From positions 48,610,001 through 48,674,000 of the forward strand of contig NW_024704742.1 of the NCBI RefSeq assembly GCF_018977255.1: DNA of 64,000 nt, written 5' to 3'. The translations under genes and the position numbers were made by a program. This document shows positions 13,400 to 26,108 of this stretch, piece by piece. The stretch is from Callorhinchus milii (lineage: Eukaryota). The notes under the pieces were generated by a model that had not been told where the DNA came from, searched no databases, and saw only the letters and a list, made by a program, of their open reading frames with translations. Positions within the stretch are counted from its first letter, which is position 1; each line of letters begins with the position of its first letter.

Positions 13400-14900
13400 C
13401 AATTCAATACAATTTACATTTATTCAGTGCCTTTCATGTCAGGAAGATACCTCAAAGAACTTTTCACAGCTGGCTGGAGACCCAAGCCAGGGGGAAGGGG
13501 GAGCAATGACCGAAAATGTGGTCAAAGAGGTATGCTTTAAGGCAGGCTTTAAAAGCGGGGAGGTACTCCGGGATGTAGTAGAGGAACGGGGGCAGAATGG
13601 TTCAAAGCTCGCGCATTGATGTTGGGCGGATAAGACAGGGGGCATGAAGTATACCAGTGTACACTAAGTGAAGGGAGCAGCCAGGAGGTTGCAGAGGAAG
13701 GGTGGGGCAGGGTGTGGAGGGATTTGAATGTGAGGAGAAGGATCTTGAACTGGGGGATGGGGATGGGGAGTCAGTGGAGCCGACCGAGGAATGTGGCGCT
13801 TAAATAGCTAATGGGCAAGCCTGGACATAATGAAACAGCGAATGAGGATTTTGGCAGCTCAGGGGGACGAGGAGAGGTGGGGGTTTGGGAGGGGGGTGGG
13901 GGGAGGGAGAAGTGGCTGATACTGCTGAGGTGAGGGAAAGCAGCACAAGTGAGAGCCTGAATAAAGGGCTTGAAAGACAACTGGGATCAAACAAAGGTTC
14001 CACATCAGCTCTGTAAGGAAGAGTGAGCATGTGTATGCCTTGCAGTCAGTGCCTAAGGTGTAGCTCAGTGGTTAGAGCACTCGCTTTGCAAGCGAGAGAC
14101 CTGAGTTCAATTCCAGTCAGGGCGAAACCTTGGGCAAGTTTCCTTACTCCACACGCCTAATAATAATCCCTCCAAAAACCAAAAACAATAATAAAAATTG
14201 GTCATTTTCAATCTACGACTGTTTGTGGGACATTGCTGTGCGCAATTGGCTGCCGCGTTCGCCCACAAATATACAGTCAATTCACTTTACAGTGTGTTCT
14301 GTGAAGCGCTTTGGGACGTCCTCCCGACGTGAAAAGCGCTATATCAAATGCAAGGATTATTATTATTATTATTATTAAGCGCTGATGGGATCAAACAGAA
14401 AAGCTTAGCGACATTCAGCATATTTCAGTGCCTTCTGCTTTCAGAGTTTTTAAAGTTTTCAGAGCTTATCCAGGACTTGATTTCTGACAGGAAGTTGTTC
14501 AGAACAGCAGTGGTCCTGGAGTCAAGGCAAAGGTAGAGATGGATGTCATCAGTATACATGTGGAAGTGGGCCCCATATCTGCAGAGGATATCACCAAGTG
14601 GAAGCATATAGGTAATGATGAGGAAAGGACCGAGGATAGAGACCTGAGGAAAGCTGCATCTGACTGTGTGGGAGCGGGAGGAGAAGCCATTAGAAGAGAC
14701 GAAGATAACGATGGAGAAGACACAGGAGTGAACCAGAAAAGGACAAAGCCGTGAAGATAGAAGAGTGAGGAAACAACAACAAAAACAAATTACATTTGTA
14801 TAGCGCCTTTCACATCAGGAGGACGTCCGAAGGCGTTGGACAGACTGGGGAGAGGGATGGAGTGGCCGACTCGGTCAAAGGTGCACGATTATGTCACATG
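13400..14900 (-). mobile_element. Old, fragmented L2, interrupted by a young SINE and a short L2 tail (~14773-14843)
   Basis: Minus-strand MLPLGDILCRYGAHFHMYTDDIHLY (degenerate YADD region) and LKPALKHTSL-type C-terminal remnants. Confidence 0.8.
14058..14376 (+). mobile_element. tRNA(Ala)-like-headed SINE, subfamily A
   Basis: A box TAGCTCAGTGG, anticodon arm CTCGC-TTTGCAA-GCGAG, B box GAGTTCAATTCC, L2-like tail and (ATT)n. Confidence 0.92.
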
Positions 14901-15440
14901 AGGAGAGTGAGGAGACAGAGCAAAGACATTTTCCTTCAGTGGAAGAATGTCATGACCTTCAAGAAAGAATTCCACTACAAAAGTAGATCATGTTGGAGTG
15001 GCATTTCAGTGGACTTCCGTGGTGTCTTATTAATGTTTTCTTATCAAGAAATAAGCAGCAGAGTGAGGTATGCAAGCAGAGTGCCCAGGAAATGCTCTCA
15101 GAACATTTCAAAAATTACTTTGATATAATTTTACTGGACTTTATTCTACTTTTGTAAAATGAATCCTGACAATTAATATTTAAGTAAAGCATTTTAAAAA
15201 TGCATTTATTCCTATTTGATTTATCATCCTTCAAAATGTGATAAAAATTATATGAGATCATATCCAATCTCTTGATTTTCTTTATTAATTCATGCTTAGG
15301 AGGCATGTAACTCTTATACTTCAAAAACCTTATTACAATACAATGTTTGATGGCATTTTTAAATTTCAACTGTACAAAATTGCAAAACCATAAAATTCAA
15401 AACTATATCCAGATTATCAAAATTAAATAAAAACTTTAAA

Positions 15441-16112
15441 TCTGGCTCACTTGGTAGTACTCTTGCCTCTGAATCAGAAGGCTATAGGCTCAATCCCCAT
15501 GTTGAGATTTTGAACTCAGTCCTGTTTAACACTCCAATCAGTGCAGTGCTGAGGTAGGAACTTTCAAATGAGACGTTAAACAAAGGTCTGCTCAGGTAGA
15601 CAACAACAACAACAAGATTACATTTGTATAGCACCTTTCATGTCGGGAGGATGTCCCAAGGTGCTGGAGAGAGTACAGCATTTCAGACCCGAGTTGGGGT
15701 CGGGGAGGGGGGGGGGAGAAGGGAGGGGAGGGGAAGGGGGGTGGCCGATGGTATGGTCGAAGAGGAGGGTCTTGAGGCAGGACTTGAAGGAGGCTAAGGA
15801 GGGGGTGAGGTGGAGTGATTGGGGGATGGAATTCCAGAGGTTGGGGGCAGAGTGGCTGAAGGCTCTCCCGCCAATAGTGGGGCGGGTGGGTTAGGATTAA
15901 ATTAGACATTAAAGATCCCATTGCACTATTCAAAAAGACCAACAATCCGCCAGATATAATTGTCATAGCTGTTTGTAAGACTTCGCAAAAAATATTTTTT
16001 TTACTATTGGCTGCCATGTTTGCCTACAAAAATACACTATCACTTCATTTTACAAGGAATCCTGTGAAGCACTGAGATGTCCTCCTGAGGAGAAAAGTGT
16101 TATATCAAATCC
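15441..16112 (+). mobile_element. Deu-type SINE split by a minus-strand L2 3' fragment (~15600-15892)
   Basis: TGGCTCACTTGGTAGTACTCTTGCCTCTGAATCAG head; ...CTCAGGTAGAC | L2 | AGACATTAAAGATCCCA continuation. Confidence 0.75.
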
Positions 16113-17974
16113 AAAGTTTTTGTTTAAATTAAGAATATTCCTACATATTTGTTTCTCCTTGTGTAGACATCTGCACATCTGACAGAATCACAGAATGCAG
16201 TTTTCCAAACAAAGAGAAAGTTAACGAAAGATAACCAGGAGCAAACTGTCAGAACAGGGGCACCCACTGTTGTAGGCATTCTATGAGGGTGGCTGAGAAG
16301 GAAGGTTTCCTGTTAAAAGCACAGGAAGGCATCTATATGCTGGCATGCACCAGTGTCAACCCCATAAACATCAAAGCTCGGCACTCTTATAGACACAACC
16401 TGTGACTCGGCATCAATTGCCAGTCGGTTGTTGTTCAGCATTAATCATAGCACAGAAGGAGGTCACTTGGCACATTGAGGCCATTTTTGGTGCCAGCTCT
16501 TCCACTGGACCTTTGTATTCAAATCCCTCTCTTTCCCCCGCCCACACACTCTTTTATATTGTTATTATTAATGATAAATAAATACTTCAGATGCTCTTGT
16601 ATATATAAAAAAGTCCACAATCATCCTGCACTTAATAATTTTCAATTTGAGAATACTCTTTCAATTGCTACCTTTCATGAAGAGTAATATTAAAAAGTAA
16701 TTCCTGTTAAGTAAATGATCTGCTTTCCACATTGCAGTCATATTTTAGGACGCAATAGCGAAATATTAATATTTTTCTGTGTTCCTGCTTGCTGTAGTTT
16801 TTTATACCATAAGTGCACCTTGCAACAAAACCCTGCTATACTCTCACTGTTTCTATATTTATCTCAGTGCAAGCTCCCTTGTATTGGAAATCACTACCAA
16901 AATAGAGGCAATAAAATCATAGGCCAAAGAAAACATTGGATCATTATCTTGGAACACTAACTAGCTGGTATTTACTTGACAGCTAAAAGCATACAGTTGT
17001 CAGAGGTGAAAACAAAATGTGTGTAGGTGGATTTCCAGTTTTTCATTTCTATTCATAATCCTGCAATTTATTGGTTATTAACCTAAGTGGAGTTGAGTTT
17101 GGAGTTATACAGCAAGCAAGAAGCTGTAACGCAAGAGTACAGATTAAGCTCTCGGGTAACATTAAATGTACAACTAATGCTTTTACTGTGTCAGAAATAG
17201 AGGGTGTGTAATAGGCAAGTGTGTAATATCTATTTATATGTCACTGATGAGAATAACCTCATAACTCACAAGCAATGAGTTGTGTAGGGGATACTCTGTG
17301 AGCATAAAAAATATTAGATCATCTGAAAACATCTGTTATGAATAAGGTGGAGTGCCACTTAAAGTATTTTAGGTAGGACTAGAGTCAGGAGAAACTTTAA
17401 TTTCAAAACTAGATCTCAGTCTGTAAAGGTGAAAGGCTTGTATTCTAACCAACTGCATCACACAGTCCACATAATACTACACTCCATTCTCTGCGTTCAT
17501 ATGACTTCCATAAATCAAACTAAATTTAGAACTTTTTTTGCAGGGCTCCTCATGTCAGATCTAAGTTAACCTTCTGCAAGTAATTTCAATTCTTGTAATG
17601 CTTGGCTGCAAGCTATAGATTGAGAAATATCTTATTCTACAGTAAGTCCAATCATACATTCAGCTGCTGGCACAATACTGGCCCTCACAGTGAGAGAGGC
17701 TCACTGCTGCTCCAGGAAACCTCTGGTCTGTGAGCTAAGCTGCTAGGAAGATGCAAAGCTCCAGATAATAAAGGACTCAAATACACAGATTTCATTTTGC
17801 TGAGGAAATAACAGGCAATCATTTTAATTTGTGAGCGTTGTTGTGCAACGATATTAATGTTAGCGTAACGCTGTAGCCTGTATATTTATACGTGGGCAGA
17901 TGTTTGTTCACAACAATCAGGAAAAAACCTTTTACAGTGTATCGTTTGCTTATTGCTATTGCTTTTTGCTATTG

Positions 17975-18410
17975 TGGAGTCCTGTAGCGTAGTGGTTAGA
18001 GCACTCGCCTCACAAGTGAGAGGACCTGGATTCGAGTCCTGGGCAGGGCAAAATGTTAGGCAAGTTTCCTTACTCCATACCCTCTGTTTACCTAGCAGTA
18101 AGTAGGAATCCAGTTCTTAGTCGGTTGGCGAATCGCTTTTCTGGGGGTAATAATCAAGGCTCAAAAAAATAAACAATCAATCCACGACGGATTGTGGGAC
18201 ACTGCTGTGCGTAATTGGCTACTGTGTTTCATCCACAAAATATACAAACACAACAACAACAATGTTACATTTGTAAAGCACCTTTCACGTCAGGAAGAAT
18301 TAATTCACTTATACAATCCATTCACTTTACGGTATATGCTGTGAAGCGCTTTGAGACGACTCAAATACATGATAAGGCGCTATATCAAATGCAAGGATTA
18401 TTATTATTAT
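17975..18410 (+). mobile_element. tRNA-derived SINE, subfamily B, with a ~50-bp inverted L2 tail inserted at ~18248-18297
   Basis: TGGAGTCCTGTAGCGTAGTGG head, TGTTTACCTAGCAGTAAGTAGG central block, GATAAGGCGCTATATCAAATGCAAGG(ATT)n tail. Confidence 0.9.
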
Positions 18411-20493
18411 TGTTGCTTATTGTTTTACTTAAAAAAAAGGTCATATCAATACTACAACAAACTTCAGGTGATCAAATGTTTTAAACTTTATTTTGAAAAA
18501 AGACAGTTGAAACCATTAACACTTGAGAAACCATCATGCAAAATTTCAGCTTCAGATTTACCAAAATGAAAAGAATTAAAGCACATTAAATTCGGGAAAA
18601 ATAAACTGATAACTGGGAACCTGTGTGACATGTTCTCTGGAGGCGAAATTATAAATGACTTGTTACTTTGCTTCCGAAGCGAGAGAGGAAACAATGGTAT
18701 ACATTTATGGCTGTAATGGAATAGGATAGGGCGAGTTGGGCCAAATGGCCTGTTTCAGTGCTGTACGATCTATGGAATTCTTTGTAAAAGAGCTGCATGA
18801 ATAACGGAAAAACACGAGATGTAAATGAAGCGTAAAAAAGACTGTAACTATTGCGTATATACGCATTCTTTAAAATCTTCAAGAATAATAGCAGAAGAAC
18901 AATCAAGTGAATCAGTGAATGCTTGTCTTTAAATACACTAAATTTTAAAGAAGGCAGTGGTTGACTTGTGGATTCAGAAATGGATTTCTTTTCTTGAACA
19001 GAAGTCACATACAGCAATTGTCATCTCTAATTTCCCTTATGATTTGTGATGTGGTATTGCCATTGCTTCATTTAACCTTGATGAATGTCCAGTACAGATG
19101 GTTAATGGCTCCCGGATGCTTGTAAGCCTCTCGTCTCTAAGCCTATGGAGATGTATTTTCATCTCCATAGCCCTGCAGATGTCAAATGAAAATGAATTGG
19201 AAGGAATTGGTGAATTGGGACAAGAAGAGGGAGAAGTGATGAGGTTGATTGTGATCAAGAAAAGGATAGACTATGGGCACATTATTGTTCGGGAGTCAGA
19301 GTGAAAGCTATTGAGGGTTGTTACTGTCTGGAAAGGTTAATGACAATTGATCAAGAACCCAAAAATAACCTGGTTCAATGATGCACTAGAATGGTCAGGT
19401 ATAAGAGCAGTGGTTAATCTGTTTAGAGATTCTGGAGAGCAAGGGGTTCACTGGATTTCAGCCAATGTATCAGAGAAAGCACCAAAGAACTGATCTGAAG
19501 TCTTTAATCACCCACATATCAGCATTCAACGAAGGATTGAAGGGTCTAAGGTTCAGTAATTACTGCTGAGGCATAGAAAGAGGAAGTCAGACAGATGCAA
19601 ATGCTTGATCTCCAAGAGATGGAATATAATTAAAATTTTCCTTATAATTGGCAAAGCATTTTGAATTGACCCTAACCTCAGATAAGGTGAGTGTGCAGAT
19701 CCCACTGCGAGAGCAATGCAACATTGTGCATTGAAGGGCAGATTACAAAAGGCAAGGTCTGGAGCAAATTCAATATTCACATAGGGGAAAGGTTAAGAAT
19801 TTTGCCCAGGGTCACAGTCACGCAGGGGCCCTGTCTCTCCCTTAAATTACCATGGAGATTGCTTATTCTTTCAGGGAGAATAGAGACTCTTTCTTCCTCT
19901 ATCTCCATTCACCTGCTGCCTCCTGTTTATTGCCACTAACTGACCGAGAAGCATGTTTGTGCCTGTGTTTTACAGTAAGAGAACATTACTAAGACACTGA
20001 GAATGTTAGTCTTAATCAAGGCTGTCAGAGACACTGGAAAATTTCATACAAGGAGTGAGTTATTACCATTACAGCCTCTAATTAAAATCTAAATGGAGAT
20101 ATTAAAGCTTGTCTGTCAATATTACTGGAGGGATTAATAATCCATTGGAAAATTTGATCAGGCATTAAGTCCTGTGTTAAAGAGAGGAGAATGCATTACT
20201 GCCAGCTCTAATATCAGCAAGTGAAAACTCAAGGCTTGGTGTAATTTGCAATTATCTCCACCCTCTTAATACTGTCTCAGGTGCTGTGAATTTTTCATAT
20301 TATAAAGTACTGTAATGCTACTGTGTTATATACCCATAACAAAGCATAAAACAAACAAAAGATGAAAATCAAGGTCCAGGAACCTTACTTGTTATAATAT
20401 ACGTAATAGCACTGATGTAACTTAAAGTTCTCTGTAACACAGATGGGGCATAAACATGTAATCCTTGGAGCATTACATTGGTTTGTATTAGAT

Positions 20494-20828
20494 CAGTGGT
20501 GGCCAATCCATGGTCTGTGGGCCAAAAGTGGCCCGCCATGGCATCAAGAAGTGGCCTGCCAAAAATTGCCACTATTCTAACTAAATCTGTGTTAAATCAA
20601 TATTTTGTTTCCAGTAAATTCTGCGCAGTGATATTTATGGTGCGCCCATAGATCAAGAAATATTCAATCAAAAATAATGTATTTGATTAGCCAACCAAAA
20701 AGGTTTCAACAATCTATCTCTGGGATTTCCATGTGTAGGTGGGATGCCTGGAAATCTCAGTTTGGTCTGGAAACTCTTGAGCATGGTCGGACACCCGGCT
20801 GACCAAAAAAGAAGGTTGGCCACCACTG
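20494..20828. mobile_element. Non-autonomous hAT-type DNA transposon (MITE)
   Basis: Perfect 13-bp terminal inverted repeats CAGTGGTGGCCAA/TTGGCCACCACTG. 8-bp flanking duplication TATTAGAT (20486-20493) / TGTTAGAT (20829-20836). Confidence 0.88.
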
Positions 20829-21651
20829 TGTTAGATTACGATGCCTCATTTAAGTAACCACCTACCTTTGGTACTGAGGGTGTAGGCAATTCACATTTGG
20901 GGTTTTTTGCTTCAACCTCAGACACTGGTGTTGAGTTGAAGTTAATGCTGAAACAACATGATAAGGCGCTATATCAAATGCAAGGATAATTATTATTATT
21001 TACCCTTATTATTGTGGTGGGGAGCCTGCCATCTGCTCAGTTGAGTATCTTTCTCCTTCCACTCATGAAGCGCGTCCCAGCTTCAGAGTGTAACATCATG
21101 GCACCAAAGAAAATTTGCACCAGTTTATAATTTAATAAGAGTTTACTCTAATATTGTCAAACTTCATCCCCATTTTATGTTTCCTTCTTTTTTGGCTGTT
21201 CTTGTGCATAAATCTATTTCATATTAGATTCTAACCAATTATCATTTTCAGGCTATTAATGAAACTAATTAAAGATTCATGAATGGTAATATTCATTGTT
21301 TTCTGGGTTCCTGGTTCAGGATCAGAGTACACTGAAATCTGCTCGACCTGAATTGAAAGACACTGCATCAGACAGATTGCCACAAGGGAAAAACTCAGAC
21401 TGTCTCATTAATATCAGTGTTGGTAGGTTTTTTTCAGTGTTGCAACATCCCTGGATAACTCAGTCAGTGAGCAGATGATTGTAGGTTCCTGGTAAGTCCA
21501 CTGAGCATTTCCTGCTTTCAAAGCCAATAACACAAGTTTCATATCTAAAAGCAAATGTCCTTCTTGGTGGGGGAAGTAACCAGAATCCCAGTGTCCCTTA
21601 AGTAAAGAAAGCTGGCAGATACGCATTAATTCTTTGAAGATTTTTTTCACA

Positions 21652-23239
21652 TTTTTTGAAGAGGTGACTGCAAGCGTTGATGAGGGAAATGCGGTGGACG
21701 TTATTTACATGGATTTCAAAAAGGCTTTTGACACAGTACCGCATAAGAGATTAATAAAAAAATTAGAGGCCCACGGTTTTAAGGGGACAATGGCAGTTTG
21801 GATTAAGAACTGGCTGAGTGACAGAAAGCAGAGGGTGGTGGTTAATGGGTGTTTCTCGAAATGGAAGGAGGTGTGCAGCGGTGTCCCCCAGGGATCGGTA
21901 TTGGGACCACTGCTCTTTCCAATATATATTAATGATCTGGACTTGGGCATAGAGAGCACTATTTCCAAGTTTGCAGATGATACAAAGTTAGGTAGAGTAG
22001 TAAATAGTGAGGAGGACTGTAACCAACTGCAAGCAGACATACACAGAATGGTGGAATGGGCTGACATGTGGCAGATGGATTTCAATGTGGATAAGTATGA
22101 GGTGATACACTTAAGTAGGAAGAATGATAGGAGGCAATATAGACGTGGTAGCTCAATCTTAAGGGGGGTGAACGTACAGAGAGATCTGGGTGTTCAAGTA
22201 AGCGAATCATTAAAGGGAGCGGGGCAGGTAGATAAGGCAGTAAAAAAGGCATTTGGTGTACTGAGCTTTATTAGTAGGGGCATAGAGTATAAGACTAGGG
22301 AGGTTATGGTAATCTATACAAAACACTGGTTAAGCCTTAGCTGGAGTACTGCGTCCAGTTCTGGGCACCTTGCTTCAGGAAGGACATTAAGGTACTGGAA
22401 AGGGTGCAGAGGAGATTCACGAGAATGATACCAGGAATGGGGAACCTTAGCTATGAGGACAGGTTGGAGAAGTTAGGACTTTTCCCATTAGAGCAGAGAA
22501 GGTTACGCGGGGACCTGATAGAGGTCTTCAAGATCATGAAAGGTTTCGACAGGCTAGATAAGGAAAAGTTGTATCCGCTGGTAGGTGTGTCTTGACCTGT
22601 GGACACAGTCTTAAGATAAATAATAATAATAATAATCCTTGCATTTGATATAGTGCTTTTCACGTCAGGAGGACGTCCCAAAGCGCTTCACAGAATATAC
22701 TGTAAAGTGGATTGACTGTATTTTTGTGGGCGAACGCGGCAGCCAATTGCGCACAGCAATGTCCCACAAACAGTCATGGATTAAAAATGACCAATTTATT
22801 ATTGTTTTTGGTTTTGGAGGGATTATTATTAGGTGTGTGGAGTAAGGAAACTTGCCCAAGGTTTCGCCCTCTGCCTGGAATTGAACTCAGGTCTCTCACT
22901 TGCAAAGCGAGTGCTCTAACCACTGAGCTACAGGACTCCACAAAATATCTACAAGATATCTACCAAAAGAAGCAGAGGGGAGGTTAGAAGAATTTTTTTC
23001 ACTCAGCGAGTTGTTCGAATTTGGAATGATCTGCCCGAAAGGGTAGTGAAGTCCGATTCGATAACAGCTTTTAAGAGACAACTGGATAGGTATCTGGGGA
23101 AGACGGGTTTGCAGGGTTATGGAGAGAAAGCTGGTGGTTGGGGTTAGTGAAAGTGACTTGCTCTGTCAAAGAGCCGGCACAGACTCGATGGGTCGAATGG
23201 CCTCCTTCTGTGCCGTAACATTCTATGAATCTATGAATC
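21652..23239 (+). mobile_element. CR1 LINE, 5'-truncated (RT plus 3'UTR), interrupted by a SINE
   Basis: [55 protein letters not shown]. Frameshift near 22312. Ends in TTCTATGAATCTATGAATC. Confidence 0.95.
22619..22940 (-). mobile_element. SINE subfamily A, full length, inserted in CR1
   Basis: Near-identical reverse complement of 63101-63420. Confidence 0.93.
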
Positions 23240-23482
23240 ACGATAATCTTGAATATAGAGACACGTCCTGAACTCTGCAAATCAAGGCCCTAAAACTATT
23301 CTAGTTAGCCAAAAAATAATAAAAAAATAGTAATTCTTGCATTTGATATGGTACCTTTCAGGTATTTGTTTTAAAATGCTTCACAGGATTTATTGTAAAG
23401 TGTGGTTACTTTTTTTTTAGGCAATAAATGTACAGGATTTGTGGATACCACTTTTTATATCTTTTACCATCCCTCACCAGCA

Positions 23483-24132
23483 CCTTTACATCCCTCACCA
23501 GCACTGCTTTCTTCCACCTCCGCCACCAATACCTCTCCCCAAAAGCCGCTGAAACCCTGGTCCATGCCTTTGTCACATCTCGGCTGGACTATTCTAATGC
23601 GCTCCTCGCCAGCCTCCCCTCCACTACCATCCATAAAATCCAAATCATTCAAAACTCTGCCGCCCACATTCTCACCCGCACGAAACTCCACTCCCCAATC
23701 ACCCCAGTCCTTGCCAGACTGCACTGGCTCCCTATCCCAGAGAGGATCGATTTCAAAATCCGCACCCTTGTATTCAAGTCCCTGCACTCCTCTGCACCTC
23801 CCCTACCTCTCTGACCTCCTCTCTCCTCAAAACAGTACCCATTGCCTTTGTTCCTCCGGGTCTGGCCTCCTCCTCGTCCCCCGAGTCCTCTGCTCCACCC
23901 TCGGCGGCCTTCAGCCACTATGCCCTGAGGCTCTGGAACTGCCTTCCTCACTCCCTTCGTCTCGCTCCCACCCTTCCCATTTTCAGTTCTCTGCTGAAGA
24001 CCTTCCTTTTCGACCGCGCCTTTGGTCACCTTCCCCCCCCTCCCCCTGGCTCGGTCCCGGCATCCGTTACTGTAAAGCGCTCTGAGTCCGTCCGGTGTGG
24101 AGTGCGCTATATAAATCCAAGTTGTTGTTGTT
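23483..24132 (+). mobile_element. L2 3' fragment (second subfamily)
   Basis: [20 protein letters not shown]...[17 protein letters not shown]; (TTG)n end. Confidence 0.92.
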
Positions 24133-24196
24133 TTTGTTTATTTTATTCTGCTGTCCTTCTCTCCCGTTTGACAATTTCTATTCACTCTTTATTTGT

Positions 24197-24513
24197 TCGT
24201 GTAGTGGTTAGAGCACTCGCCTCACATTCGAGAGGACCTGGGTTTGATTCCCAGTAGGGTAAAACGCTAGCCAAGTTTCCTTACTCCACACGACTCTGTT
24301 TACCTAGCAGTAAGTAGGAACCAGTTGTTAGTTGATTGGCGGATTGCTTTCCGGGGTAATAATTCCTTAAAACAATGATAATAATTTGGTCACTCAATCC
24401 ACAACTGTTTGTGGGACACTGCTGTGCGCAATAGAGTCAATTCACTTTACAGTATATTTTGTGAAGCGCTTTGAGACGTCTCAATGACGTGATAAGGCGC
24501 TATGTCAAATGCA
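24197..24513 (+). mobile_element. SINE subfamily B
   Basis: CGTGTAGTGGTTAGAGCACTCGCCTCACA head, central block and tail as at 17975. Confidence 0.88.
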
Positions 24514-25814
24514 ATACAGTTCTAAGTAGCATCCTCTCTGCACAATAGGATACCCTTGGCATTTGATTGCCAATCTCTCACCCTAGGATAATCTACCACT
24601 AGCAGCATTTTCTAGGCACGGTAGGAGGCACTCAGCAATTTGCAAGTCCCTGGGACACCGACCACACTATTTAAAACTATTCAAAAAGCACAGAAACACT
24701 CAGACAGAGAAAACACTAACTGAGGTGCCAAATGCATTATTAAACACCAGCCAGGTTGATGAGCAATTACATTTTTAGAATCATATTTTTGTACCTTTTG
24801 AATTTGAAAAATGATTTGTTTCTGATTTTGTTTCCAGCAGAGCAGACACACGCACAACTTGATAAATCTATGTCTTGCCACGTTTTGGCATGCAAGCTCA
24901 AAAAAGTTCATCATTATTACTTTCGATCACTGGTTCCAGTAAGTAGGGTCACCATCTGTGCTGTTGTTCTCCATTGTTCCTGTACACTGCCACTCAGTGG
25001 AATAAACCCTGTACTACAATTATACTACTATTTATTGGTGAAATTGAAGTTATAACAATAATATAATCCTGTGTTTGATATATAGCAGTGCCTTATCAAG
25101 ATGACTCGAAGCACATCACAGAAGTTTAGTGACTGTGTATTGAGAGATGAACGCGGTAGCGAGTTTGCACGCCGCAATGTTCGACAAATAGCCATAAAGT
25201 GAGTGATCAATTTTATCTATAGGATTGTTGGCTGGGAGAAACTCCCTTCTCTTTTCAAATAGTGCCAAGGGATTTTTAACATCCACCTGAAGAGGCAGGC
25301 TGCTGCGTTCCCCACAAAAAAACAGTCACACTGCGCTGAAGTATATCTTTGGTATGTCTTCCTGACATGAAAGGTGCTATACCAAATTTAAGGAATATTA
25401 TTACCTGTACTATTAGATGATGAGGTAAATATGTCAAAGGAATCGTTTTGAGTTGTGTTCTATTCCTGCTGACACCAATAGTGAAAGATATTAACTGTAT
25501 CCAGTGCCTTGGGATGTCCTCCCAATGTGAAATGCACTGTAAAAATGCAATTTGTTGTTAATATATCTCATGCACAAATTATAAGTGTATACGTGTAAAC
25601 TGTGGGTGCTGCTTTTCACCTACAAAGTTATTCATTACATGTTGCAGTAAATCCTTTGAGGACTTTGAGACATCCTCCTGATGTGAAAGGTGCTATATAT
25701 CAAATGTAAGGATAATTTATTTTTATAAATATAAATGGAAAGGTTTGCCGGACTTATGTTAGATTTATATGGCACACCTTAAATTGGCATCTGCAGAGGT
25801 AGAAAAGCTAAATG

Positions 25815-26108
25815 ATAATAATAATATTCCTTGCATTTGATATAGTACCTTATCACTCGTTGAGATGTCTCAAAGTGCTTCACAGAATATATTGTAAAGT
25901 GGACTGACTATTTTGTGGGCAAAATGCGGTAGCATAGCAGTGTCCCACAAACAGTTGTGGACTGTGTGACCAATTTTTTTTGCGGGGGTGGGATTATTAA
26001 CCCCGGAAAGCGATCCGCCAATTGACTAACCACTGGGTGCCTACTTACTGCTAGGTAAGCAGAGGTGTGCGGAGGAAGGAAACTTACTTAGTTTCACCCT
26101 GCCTGGGA
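25815..26108 (-). mobile_element. SINE subfamily B, head truncated
   Basis: CCTTGCATTTGATATAG tail and CTACTTACTGCTAGGTAA central block in reverse. Confidence 0.85.

Noticed and set aside
12674..13402. Cluster of short minus-strand ORFs, possible pseudogene
   Set aside because: No recognisable protein motif or consistent splice structure; a translated search would be needed.
14058..14130. tRNA-Ala gene (also the heads at 17975, 22940, 33914 and 63101)
   Set aside because: Each continues into a SINE body and L2-like tail, with no convincing acceptor stem or Pol III terminator.
19143..19170. Perfect 11-bp hairpin CTATGGAGATG-TATTTT-CATCTCCATAG
   Set aside because: Isolated, too short for a pre-miRNA, and without supporting context.
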